A stretch of DNA of 64,000 nucleotides from an uncultured Eubacteriales bacterium (lineage in GTDB: Bacteria > Bacillota > Clostridia > Oscillospirales > UBA644). Location: assembly GCA_934501435.1 (NCBI GenBank), contig CAKSTW010000003.1, positions 67,842 to 131,841 on the forward strand, written 5' to 3'. The translations under genes and the position numbers were made by a program. This document shows, piece after piece, positions 1-7,847 of this stretch; within the stretch, counting starts at the first letter, position 1, and every line of letters starts with the position of its first letter. The notes under the pieces were generated by a model. The model worked only from the letters and a program-made list of their open reading frames with translations, searched no databases and had not been told where the DNA came from.

Positions 1-809
1 AGCATTGCGAGCTTGTCGGGCTTTGTTTTTGCAAGCCCGTCGACAATATCGAATGCGAAATTGAATTTCTCGGTGTTTTTGAATTTTATCTCGGTCGGAG
101 TTCCGTTTTCGTCCTCTTTGACGTCGATAAACTTCTTATATATTCTGTCCTCACTGTCTTTATAGGGAGACGAGGTGTCGGAAACCGCTTTCGGAACGGA
201 AAATTCGGGAATGGGTTCGCCTGTCGGGTTTAAGACTATCGCATAGAAAATACAGTCTTTGCCGTTGACGGCTATCATTCCGTGAGGAGTCGAACTGTCG
301 TAATAAATGCTGTCGCCGGGACCGAGAACTTCTTTATGCTCGCCGACCTGAACCATGAGGTTGCCCTCGATAACGAGGTCGCATTCCTGACCTGCGTGGG
401 TGGTGAGTTCGATATCCTTATGCTGCGCTTCTTCCGAATACTCGCTTTTAACGTAAAGAGGCTCGGCTATCCTGTTCTGAAAGGCGTAGGCAAGGTTATA
501 ATAAACCATTCCGTGGGCTTTTGCTATTTCCTGTCCCGCGCCAGAACGGGTCACGGTGTAGGATTTCAGCGTCGGGCTGTAACCTTCGATAATGTCGGTA
601 ACGTTTACCGAAAGCGCAAGCGCGCAGCGATAGATAAACGCGAAATTGAGGTCGCTTTTGCCTTCTTCGCAGCGAAGATATTCCTCCGTGGTGACGTCGG
701 TTTTTTCCGCCATCTGTTCGGGAGAAATACCTTCGATCTCGCGAAGAGCTCTTATTCTTCCCGCCATCTCCTTGATCTTGTAGTCAAGAGCAGTAATAGT
801 AGTATTCAT
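1..809 (-). CDS. HTH(XRE)-cupin-AMP-dependent acyl-CoA synthetase paralog, N-terminal part (3' end lies outside the window)
   Basis: The ORF runs off the left edge, so it is absent from the ORF track. My minus-strand translation starts at ATG 809, with SD AGGAGGAAG upstream. It gives MNTTITALDYKIKEMAGRIRALREIEGISPEQMAEKTDVTTEEYLRCEEGKSDLNFAFIYRCALALSV...GDSIYYDSSTPHGMIAVNGKDCIFYAIVL...FNFAFDIVDGLAKTKPDKLAML. This is colinear with the N-terminus of the 1177..3444 product. Confidence 0.8.
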   Translation of the reverse strand, partial: MNTTITALDYKIKEMAGRIRALREIEGISPEQMAEKTDVTTEEYLRCEEGKSDLNFAFIYRCALALSVNVTDIIEGYSPTLKSYTVTRSGAGQEIAKAHGMVYYNLAYAFQNRIAEPLYVKSEYSEEAQHKDIELTTHAGQECDLVIEGNLMVQVGEHKEVLGPGDSIYYDSSTPHGMIAVNGKDCIFYAIVLNPTGEPIPEFSVPKAVSDTSSPYKDSEDRIYKKFIDVKEDENGTPTEIKFKNTEKFNFAFDIVDGLAKTKPDKLAM

Positions 810-834
810 TCTTCTTCCTCCTAAGACGGGACAG

Positions 835-1115
835 GTAAAAAAGAACACCCGTCCCAAAGTATGTAGAACTTTGAGACGAGTGTTAAAATACACCCGCGGT
901 ACCACTCAAATTGCAGTATAAAAACTGCCTCTTATCGAAGTCAGACAACTTCTATGCATTAACGCAGCAATCACGGAGAGGGTCTACTCGTAAAAACTTT
1001 CTTCCTCCCGACTCGGAAGCTACAGGTATAAAAGTCGTACCAACGGCTCGCACCAACCGCCGTCTCTCTTTAAGCCGTACTCAAATACCACTCTTCGTCA
1101 ACGTCTTTTTATTTG
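835..1115 (-). promoter_or_regulatory. T-box riboswitch leader B (apparent specifier GUA, Val)
   Basis: All elements are on the minus strand. K-turn GACGAAG.../...CUUCCGAGUC. AGAGAGA box. Distal loop GGUUGGUGCGAGCC. T-box sequence AAUUUGAGUGGUACCGCGGGUG at 891-912. Terminator arms AACACUCGUCUCAAAG / CUUUGGGACGGGUGUU followed by a U-run (836-886). GUA plus purine G lies directly 5' of the CUUC helix (1020-1023). Confidence 0.85.
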
Positions 1116-1120
1116 AGAGT

Positions 1121-1149
1121 ATTCTACCATATCTTAGGAGTTATGTCAA
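1121..1149 (-). promoter_or_regulatory. sigmaA-type promoter for T-box leader B
   Basis: Minus strand TTGACA (1144-1149), 17 nt spacer, TGgTAGAAT (-10 at 1121-1126). Confidence 0.6.
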
Positions 1150-1176
1150 CTGTTTTTTTTCAAAATTTCTGTGACA

Positions 1177-3444
1177 TCAAAGTTTGTTTCTCTGGATCTT
1201 TCCGCTTATAGTCTTCGGAAGTTCGTCCTTAAAGACGACTATACGCGGATATTTGTAAGGCGCAGTATTTTCCTTGACGTACTGCTGAATTTCCTTCTTG
1301 AGTTCTTCGGTAGGCTCGGTCCCTTTTACAAGCACTATGCTCGCCTTAACGACCTGACCTCTTACTTCGTCGGGGGCTGCGGAAACTCCGCATTCGAGGA
1401 CGTAAGGAAGTTCCATTATGACGCTTTCTATTTCGAAAGGCCCTATACGGTAGCCCGAAGACTTGATAACGTCGTCGACGCGTCCGACATACCAGTAAAA
1501 TCCGTCTTCATCGCGCCATGCGGTGTCTCCGGTATGGTAAAGTCCGTCGTGCATGACTTCCGCGGTCTTCTCGGCATTTCTGTAATAGCCCGCAAACAGT
1601 CCGCAGGGACGTTTTTTGTCGATACGGACGACTATCTCGCCGACTTCGCCGTCGGGAACGGGATTTCCGTCCGGATCAACGATGTCGATATCGTAAAGAG
1701 GAACGGGACGTCCCATGGAACCGACTTTATGACTTCTGCCCATAAGGTTTGCAATGGCAAGGGTAAGTTCGGTCTGACCGAAGCCCTCCATTATACTTAA
1801 ACCCGTCGCCTTTTTGAATTGACGGTAAACTTCGGGGTTAAGCGCTTCTCCCGCGGTCGTCATGTGTTTTATCGACGAAAGGTCGTATTTTGAGATATCT
1901 TCCTTTATCATCATGCGGAGCATTGTCGGGGGCGCGCAGAAAGTCGTGATATGATATTTCGCGAACATCGGAAGAATATCCGCGGCGGAAAAACGGTCGA
2001 AATCGTAAGTGAAGACCGCGCCTTCGCAGAGCCACTGTCCGTAGAGTTTGCCCCACAGTGCTTTTCCCCAGCCGGTGTCGGAGATAGTAAAGTGAAGTCC
2101 GTCGTCAGAAACGCCGTGCCAGTATTTCGCGGTGATATAATGTCCGAGCGGATATTTATATGTATGAGCGGCGATCTTCGGATAGCCCGTCGTTCCCGAA
2201 GTGAAGAACATAAGCATTAAATCGTCTCCGCAGGGAGCGTCTTCGGGGCGGTGATAATGAGCGGAATAAAGCGGAAATTCCTCGTTGAAATTTCTCCAGC
2301 CTTCGCGGCTGCCGCCGACCATGAGTTTATTTTTGAGGGACGGACAGTCCGCCGCCGCAAGATCAACCTGATGAGCAACGTCTCCGTCTGCGGTACAGAT
2401 TATGGTGGAGACTTCCGCGGCGTTAAAGCGATATTCTATATCGTGTTTCTGCAGCTGATAGGTTGCCGGAATTGCTATAGCTCCGAGCTTATGCAGGGCG
2501 ATTATCGCATACCAGAACTGATAGTGTCTTTTTAAAATAAGCATTACTCTGTCGCCTCTTTTTATTCCGAGGCTCTTGAAGTAGTTTACGCACTGGTTGC
2601 TTCCCCTCTTCATGTCGTTAAAGGTAAAGCGACGTTCGGTTTTATCTTTTGCGACATGGATCATCGCAAGTTTATCGGGATTTTTCGCGGCGATTGCGTC
2701 AACGACGTCGAAAGCAAAATTGAATTTGTCTTCGTTTTTGAAATCGATCGTTTCGAGACTTCCGTTTTTGTCTTCGGTCGTTATGATAAACTTTTCGCTG
2801 ACCATTTCCTTTTTCGGAATATGGAGCGGCGGCATTGTTTCGTGAACGACTTCGTCTTCAACATCTTCGCCCGAAAGAACCATTGCAAGGAAAACGCAGT
2901 CTTCGCCGCCGACGGCTATCATTCCGTGAGGAGTCGAACTGTTATAGTAGATACTGTCGCCTTCTTCGAGATATTCAACGTGTTCGCCGACCTGAACTTT
3001 GAGTTTTCCGCTGACGACAAGGTCGAATTCCTGACCGTTATGCTTCGTTAAATGTATCGGCGCGTTCTGGAGTTTCTCGCTGTATTCGTAACGGACGTAA
3101 TACGGTTCGCCGAGTTTTTTGCGGAAGAGCGGCGCAAGGTTTCTTATTTCGATACCGTCTTCTTTCGCGGTCTGCTGTCCCTGTCCCTTACGGGTAACGG
3201 TATAGGAAGAAAGATGAGCGCTCTGACCTTCCATAAGGTCGGTTATTCCTATTCCGAACGCAAGCGAGCATTTATGAATAAAGGTAAACGGAAAATCCGC
3301 GTTTCCGCTTTCATAAAGGCGGTATTCTTCGGGGGTAACTTCCGTTTTTTCAGCCATAGTCTCTTCCGAGAAACCGCATATTTCGCGCATTTCTCTGATT
3401 CTGACGGCTATTTCTCTCAGTTTTTCACTTTCTGTTGTTGCCAT
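1177..3444 (-). CDS. HTH(XRE)-cupin-AMP-dependent acyl-CoA synthetase (ANL superfamily, medium-chain acyl-CoA synthetase-like)
   Basis: This is track ORF 1177..3531. The upstream part of that ORF is the T-box terminator, so the start is trimmed to ATG 3444 (MATTESEKLREIAVRIREMREICGFS), 6 nt after SD GAGGAGA. Motifs: XRE HTH; cupin GDSIYYNSSTPHGMIAV; adenylation FTSGTTGYPK, YHTGDTAWRDEDGFYWYVGRVDD, SGKIQRNKL. Confidence 0.9.
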   Translation of the reverse strand: MATTESEKLREIAVRIREMREICGFSEETMAEKTEVTPEEYRLYESGNADFPFTFIHKCSLAFGIGITDLMEGQSAHLSSYTVTRKGQGQQTAKEDGIEIRNLAPLFRKKLGEPYYVRYEYSEKLQNAPIHLTKHNGQEFDLVVSGKLKVQVGEHVEYLEEGDSIYYNSSTPHGMIAVGGEDCVFLAMVLSGEDVEDEVVHETMPPLHIPKKEMVSEKFIITTEDKNGSLETIDFKNEDKFNFAFDVVDAIAAKNPDKLAMIHVAKDKTERRFTFNDMKRGSNQCVNYFKSLGIKRGDRVMLILKRHYQFWYAIIALHKLGAIAIPATYQLQKHDIEYRFNAAEVSTIICTADGDVAHQVDLAAADCPSLKNKLMVGGSREGWRNFNEEFPLYSAHYHRPEDAPCGDDLMLMFFTSGTTGYPKIAAHTYKYPLGHYITAKYWHGVSDDGLHFTISDTGWGKALWGKLYGQWLCEGAVFTYDFDRFSAADILPMFAKYHITTFCAPPTMLRMMIKEDISKYDLSSIKHMTTAGEALNPEVYRQFKKATGLSIMEGFGQTELTLAIANLMGRSHKVGSMGRPVPLYDIDIVDPDGNPVPDGEVGEIVVRIDKKRPCGLFAGYYRNAEKTAEVMHDGLYHTGDTAWRDEDGFYWYVGRVDDVIKSSGYRIGPFEIESVIMELPYVLECGVSAAPDEVRGQVVKASIVLVKGTEPTEELKKEIQQYVKENTAPYKYPRIVVFKDELPKTISGKIQRNKL

Positions 3445-3464
3445 TTCCATTCTCCTCTTCAGAT

Positions 3465-3745
3465 AATAAAAAAACACACCTGTCTCAAATTTCTTTGAGA
3501 CGGGTGTGTGAAAATACACTCGCGGTACCACTCAAATTGCAGTATGAATACTGCCCCTCTTCGAAGTCAAACAACTTCTATGCACTGACGCGGCAATCAC
3601 GGGAAACACTACTTGCAAACGCTTTCGCATATTCCGGCTCGGAAGTGATGGGTTTAAGAAATTCAACTATCGGCTCTCAGCAAATACCGACTCTCTGTGA
3701 GTTTAGGTTCTGACCGTCTTCGTCGCAGCCTTTGTTATTTAATTT
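3465..3745 (-). promoter_or_regulatory. T-box riboswitch leader A (apparent specifier AUC, Ile)
   Basis: All elements are on the minus strand. K-turn GGCUGCGACGAAG.../...CUUCCGAGCC. ACAGAGAGU box. T-box sequence AAUUUGAGUGGUACCGCGAGUG at 3517-3538. Terminator CACACACCCGUCUCAAAG / UUUGAGACAGGUGUGU followed by a U-run (3468-3510). AUC plus purine A lies directly 5' of the CUUC helix (3646-3649). Confidence 0.85.
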
Positions 3746-3751
3746 AGTATT

Positions 3752-3780
3752 ATGATAGCAATTTTTTTTCGGTTTGTCAA
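3752..3780 (-). promoter_or_regulatory. sigmaA-type promoter for T-box leader A
   Basis: Minus strand TTGACA (3775-3780), 17 nt spacer, TGcTATCAT (-10 at 3752-3757). Confidence 0.6.
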
Positions 3781-3807
3781 GCGGTTATTTGTGAACTTTC
3801 CGAAACA

Positions 3808-5223
3808 TTATTTTTCGGCGGAAAGTTTTTCGTCGATAGCCTTTGCCGCGGTCTTGCCCGCGCCCATCGCAAGAATAACCGTTGCGGCTCCCGTTACGGC
3901 GTCGCCGCCCGCATATACGTTTTCTCTTGTCGTCTCCCCTGTTTCTTCGGTTACGGCAAGCCCTCCGCGCCTTGTCGTTTCAAGACCCGAAGTCGTCGAA
4001 CGGATAAGAGGGTTGGGGCTTGTCCCGACGGCGATTATCACGCAGTCGACGTCAAGCACGAATTCCGAACCCTCGACGGGAACGGGACGGCGTCTGCCTG
4101 AAGCGTCGGGTTCTCCGAGTTCCATTTTTATACATTTCATACCGACAACGGTTCCGTTTTTAATGTCGCGGCAATCGTCGGGATTATTATAACCGAGGAT
4201 CTCGGTCGGATTGCAAAGCAAACGGAAATCGACGCCCTCCTCCATTGCGTGCCCGACTTCTTCGCGGCGCGCGGGAAGTTCCTCCATACCGCGGCGATAG
4301 ACGATATACACTTTTTCGGCGCCGAGACGGAGAGAAGTTCTCGCGGCGTCCATCGCGACGTTTCCTCCTCCGACGACCGCAACTCTCTTTGCCCTGAAAA
4401 CGGGGGTTTTTGCATTTTCCCCGTATGCTTTCATAAGGTTTACGCGTGTTAAAAACTCGTTTGCGGAAAATACGCCTTTAAGGCTTTCGCCGGGGATATT
4501 CATAAAGTTCGGAAGACCCGCTCCGCTTCCTATAAAGACCGCCGAAAATCCCTTTTCAAAAAGTTCGTCTACGGTAAGGGTTTTTCCGATGATGACGTTC
4601 TTTTCTATTTTAACTCCGAGTTTTTCAAGAGTACTTACTTCTTTTTTGACTATCGACTTCGGGAGACGGAATTCGGGAATTCCGTAGACAAGAACGCCGC
4701 CCGCAAGGTGCAGCGCCTCGAAAACGGTCACGTCATATCCCTTTTTCGCAAGGTCTCCGGCGCAGGTAAGCCCCGAAGGGCCCGAACCGACAACGGCGAC
4801 TTTTTTGCCGTTTTTTTCGGGAACTTTTATTTCGGTCTCTTCTTTTGCGATTGCTCTGTCGGCGACAAATCTTTCAAGTCTGCCGATACCGACGGGTTCG
4901 CCCTTTATCCCTCTCACACATTTTGCTTCGCACTGGTTTTCCTGCGGACATACTCTTCCGCAAACGGCGGGAAGAGAGGACGATTCGGAAATAACGGCAT
5001 AAGCGCCGTCGTAATCTTTTTCCCTTATTTTTGCGATAAACGCGGGAATTCTGATATTTACGGGGCAGCCCGAAACGCAGGGCATATTTTTGCAGTTTAA
5101 GCAGCGGTCGGCTTCGAGAAGAGCGGTTTCTTCCGAATATCCGAGAGCGACTTCTTCAAAACAGCGTTTTCTTACTTCCGCAGAAAGGGACGGCATCGGA
5201 TTTTTCTTCGGTGAATTGTTCAT
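3808..5223 (-). CDS. nfnB: NADPH-dependent GltD-like FAD/Fe-S oxidoreductase (NfnB / SudA-type large subunit)
   Basis: 471 aa. N-terminal Cys clusters CLNCKNMPCVSGCP. Two Rossmann GxGxxG motifs (VAVVGSGPSGL, VAVVGGGNVAMD). Overlaps the upstream PyrK-like subunit gene by 4 nt. Confidence 0.75.
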   Translation of the reverse strand: MNNSPKKNPMPSLSAEVRKRCFEEVALGYSEETALLEADRCLNCKNMPCVSGCPVNIRIPAFIAKIREKDYDGAYAVISESSSLPAVCGRVCPQENQCEAKCVRGIKGEPVGIGRLERFVADRAIAKEETEIKVPEKNGKKVAVVGSGPSGLTCAGDLAKKGYDVTVFEALHLAGGVLVYGIPEFRLPKSIVKKEVSTLEKLGVKIEKNVIIGKTLTVDELFEKGFSAVFIGSGAGLPNFMNIPGESLKGVFSANEFLTRVNLMKAYGENAKTPVFRAKRVAVVGGGNVAMDAARTSLRLGAEKVYIVYRRGMEELPARREEVGHAMEEGVDFRLLCNPTEILGYNNPDDCRDIKNGTVVGMKCIKMELGEPDASGRRRPVPVEGSEFVLDVDCVIIAVGTSPNPLIRSTTSGLETTRRGGLAVTEETGETTRENVYAGGDAVTGAATVILAMGAGKTAAKAIDEKLSAEK

Positions 5224-6065
5224 TTCGTCGCCCCCTTAAAGAGATTACATTCTTTTTCATAAGCGTGTTTTTCGAAATCGCGGTAGATCGACGAACGGGA
5301 GATCGCTTCGTCGAAATCTACGGCGTATCCGTCGAATTCGGGGCCGTCGACGCAGGCGAAATGCGTTTTCCCGCCGACCGTAAGACGGCAGCCGCCGCAC
5401 ATACCCGTTCCGTCGATCATTATCGGGTTCATCGAAACAACAGTCGGCACTCCGAACGGGCGACAGGTCTCAACAACGAATTTCATCATGACGAGAGGAC
5501 CTATCGCGATCACTTTATCGTATTTTTTACCGCTTTCGAGCATTTCTTTAAGCGGTTCGGTAACAAGCCCTTTTCTTCCCGCTGTTCCGTCGTCGGTCAT
5601 TAAAGTAAAGGTATTCGACGACTTCTTGAATTCGTCTTCCAGAATAACAAGGTCTTTATTCCTGAAGCCGACGACAGCGTCGACCTCACAGCCTTTTGCA
5701 AAAAGTTTGCGCGCTATCGGAAGAGCGATAGCACAGCCGACGCCGCCGCCGACAACGCACACTCTTTCAAGTCCGTCGGTTTCGGTAGGTCTGCCGAGAG
5801 GACCCGAAAAATCTTCTATTTCCTCGCCCTCGTTTTTAAGGCTGAGTTCAAAAGTCGTTGCGCCGACCGTCTGGAAAATAATATTTACCGTACCTTTTTC
5901 TCTGTCAAAGCCGGCGACGGTAAGGGGAATTCTCTCTCCGTCGTCGGTCACTCTCAGGATTATGAACTGCCCCGCCTCGGCTTTTGCCGCGACATAAGGA
6001 GCAAGAATATCCATCTGAGTTACGGTATCGTTAAGTTTTCGTTTTGAAATTATTTTATAACCCAT
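5220..6065 (-). CDS. nfnA: PyrK/ferredoxin-NADP reductase-like FAD, 2Fe-2S subunit (NfnA / SudB-type)
   Basis: Track ORF 5220..6125, trimmed to ATG 6065 (MGYKIISKRKLNDT), which is preceded by SD GGAGAG. C-terminal CGGCRLTVGGKTHFACVDGPEF is a 2Fe-2S motif. Paired with the GltD-like gene. Confidence 0.75.
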   Translation of the reverse strand: MGYKIISKRKLNDTVTQMDILAPYVAAKAEAGQFIILRVTDDGERIPLTVAGFDREKGTVNIIFQTVGATTFELSLKNEGEEIEDFSGPLGRPTETDGLERVCVVGGGVGCAIALPIARKLFAKGCEVDAVVGFRNKDLVILEDEFKKSSNTFTLMTDDGTAGRKGLVTEPLKEMLESGKKYDKVIAIGPLVMMKFVVETCRPFGVPTVVSMNPIMIDGTGMCGGCRLTVGGKTHFACVDGPEFDGYAVDFDEAISRSSIYRDFEKHAYEKECNLFKGATK

Positions 6066-6164
6066 TTTTATCTCTCCGATTTCTTCATTACAGTTTATAA
6101 TATACCTTTTTATAAAAATAGTCAAGTCAAAATCACGGGTTTTCCCGTTTTATTCGGAAAGATG

Positions 6165-7586
6165 TTACCTGTTGACCATATAATTTTCCGTTATTTTCCT
6201 TACGGTCGGGGCAAGGAAAAAGAGTCCGACAAGGTTCGGAAGAGCCATAAGTCCGTTGAAAATATCCGAAATATCCCACGCCGCCCGCAGAGAGACCGCA
6301 GCCCCGATAACGGTAAACGAAACAAAGACAAAACGATAGACGGCAAAGGAAGAAACCCCGAAAATGTATTCGCATGCCTTTATCCCGTACTGCGACCAGC
6401 CGAGTAGTGTCGTAAAGGAAAAAAGAAGAGAGGAAACGGAAACGAATATTGCCGCCGCGTCGCCCATCGACGACGAAAAAGCCGAAACGACGAGCGCCGT
6501 ACCCTCAAGAGACGAAAGACATCTGCCCGTTTCAAGGTCTATATTTCCCGAAACGAGAACGACGAGCGCGGTAAGGGTACAGATAACAAAAGTATCGGCA
6601 AAAACCTCGAAAATTCCCCACATTCCCTGACCGACAGGCTCTGAAACAGAGGAAGACGACGTCACCGTCACGGAAGAAGCAAGTCCCGCCTCGTTTGAAA
6701 AGACGCCCCTTTTTATACCCGTTTTTACGGTTTGGGAAATAAGAAAACCGACACCGCCGCCGCAGACGGGAAGAAAGCCGAAAGCCCCTTTGAAAACAGA
6801 AACAAACGCCGCGGGAAGAAGCGATATATGCGAAAAAATAATATAAAGACAGCCCGCAATATACATAATTGCCATACCGGGAACAAGCGCTTCCGTTATT
6901 TTGCCGACGCCCGAAAGCCCGCCCGACAGACAGACGTAAGTCACCGCGGCAAGCAAAAGCCCGACAACAAAACAGGGACTTAAAACTATCCCGAAAACGC
7001 TTTTCGGCAAAAGAGAAAAGAGAGAAACCGCCGTCACGGCAATATTGTTCGCCTGCACGGCGTTGCCTATTCCGAAAGAGGCGAAAATGCAGAAAAACGC
7101 AAATATAAAAGACAGGGGCTTTGCGATTCTGCAAACGCAGGGAACCGTCGAAAGCCCGTCCCGAAGATAATACATCGCGCCGCCCGAAAATTCACCTTTT
7201 TCGTTTTTACGGCGATAGTATATTCCGAGAACGTTTTCCGAAAATTTTGTCGCCATGCCGAAAAACGCGGCGACCCACATCCAGAAGACCGCCCCCGGTC
7301 CGCCTATACATACAGCCGACGCAACGCCCGTTATATTTCCCGTACCTACCGTTGCGGCAAGGGACGAACAAACCGCCCGAAACGGAGAAATAGCCCCTTT
7401 TTTATCGCATTTTTTTGCTTTTCCAACTGAAAACAGCGTTTCTTTAAGCCAAAGAGAACATTTCGTAAACTGAAAAAATTTCAACTTAAAAGAAAGAAAA
7501 ACGCCCGCCCCCAGAATCAGAATAAGGGACGGCGTTCCCCAGACGATATCGGAAATGAAAGAAACGGCGCCGGACAGAAAACGCAT
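6165..7586 (-). CDS. alanine/glycine:cation symporter (AGCS family)
   Basis: 473 aa polytopic membrane protein. Contains ISPFRAVCSSLAATVGTGNITGVA and FSNEAGLASS, which are typical of AGCS. It lies directly downstream of a glycine riboswitch. Confidence 0.85.
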   Translation of the reverse strand: MRFLSGAVSFISDIVWGTPSLILILGAGVFLSFKLKFFQFTKCSLWLKETLFSVGKAKKCDKKGAISPFRAVCSSLAATVGTGNITGVASAVCIGGPGAVFWMWVAAFFGMATKFSENVLGIYYRRKNEKGEFSGGAMYYLRDGLSTVPCVCRIAKPLSFIFAFFCIFASFGIGNAVQANNIAVTAVSLFSLLPKSVFGIVLSPCFVVGLLLAAVTYVCLSGGLSGVGKITEALVPGMAIMYIAGCLYIIFSHISLLPAAFVSVFKGAFGFLPVCGGGVGFLISQTVKTGIKRGVFSNEAGLASSVTVTSSSSVSEPVGQGMWGIFEVFADTFVICTLTALVVLVSGNIDLETGRCLSSLEGTALVVSAFSSSMGDAAAIFVSVSSLLFSFTTLLGWSQYGIKACEYIFGVSSFAVYRFVFVSFTVIGAAVSLRAAWDISDIFNGLMALPNLVGLFFLAPTVRKITENYMVNR

Positions 7587-7621
7587 TATATCACCCCGTC
7601 AAAAATATTCGGGGGAAAATA

Positions 7622-7647
7622 AAAAAAGAACCGCGAAGGGTTCTTTG
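7622..7647 (-). terminator. intrinsic terminator (expression platform of the glycine riboswitch)
   Basis: Minus strand AAAGAACCCUUCGCGGUUCUUUUUUU, between the aptamers and the AGCS start codon. Confidence 0.6.
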
Positions 7648-7659
7648 AATATTGTTGCT

Positions 7660-7815
7660 AAAAGGAATGTTCTCCGTCCTTTTGCCTGAGAGATTGCAAA
7701 GCTTACACCTTCGGCACCCGCAAGGGTTTCTCCGGAGTTTCGTCCACCGTCAGTCTTTATCTTTCGACGCCTGAGAGTTTTACTCCTTCGGCAGGCAACG
7801 CCTTTTCCTGACGAC
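7660..7815 (-). promoter_or_regulatory. tandem glycine riboswitch
   Basis: Two aptamers on the minus strand. Aptamer 1 is GGAAAAGGCGUUGCCUGCCGAAGGAGUAAAACUCUCAGGCGUCGAAAGAUAAAGAC. Aptamer 2 is GGACGAAACUCCGGAGAAACCCUUGCGGGUGCCGAAGGUGUAAGCUUUGCAAUCUCUCAGGCAAAAGGACGGAG. Family hallmarks present are CCGAAGG and CUCUCAGGCAAAAGGAC. Confidence 0.85.
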
Positions 7816-7847
7816 TTCAACCGAACAAAAGTTTTAGCAAAATTATA

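Noticed and set aside
282-824. Plus-strand ORF 282..824 and many similar long antisense ORFs (for example 1171..1800, 16300..17133, 18317..19132, 22128..23018, 26334..27131, 28030..28725, 57610..58815, 59461..60318).
   Set aside because: Each lies entirely opposite a well-supported minus-strand gene with clear family motifs. They have no SD or good start and give low-complexity, odd-composition translations, so they are shadow ORFs.
3560-3690. Alternative T-box specifier readings in the upper internal loops (UUC, CUU or UUA in leader A; UUU or UAU in leader B).
   Set aside because: These triplets are not followed by a purine adjacent to the helix above the K-turn. AUC-A and GUA-G occupy exactly the position of GGC-A in the glyQS-type geometry. 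The alternatives remain possible until a covariance-model alignment is run.
6532-7134. 200-aa minus-strand ORF in an alternative frame inside the AGCS symporter gene.
   Set aside because: It is Arg/Cys/Phe-rich nonsense composition, fully nested in a gene whose frame has clear AGCS motifs.
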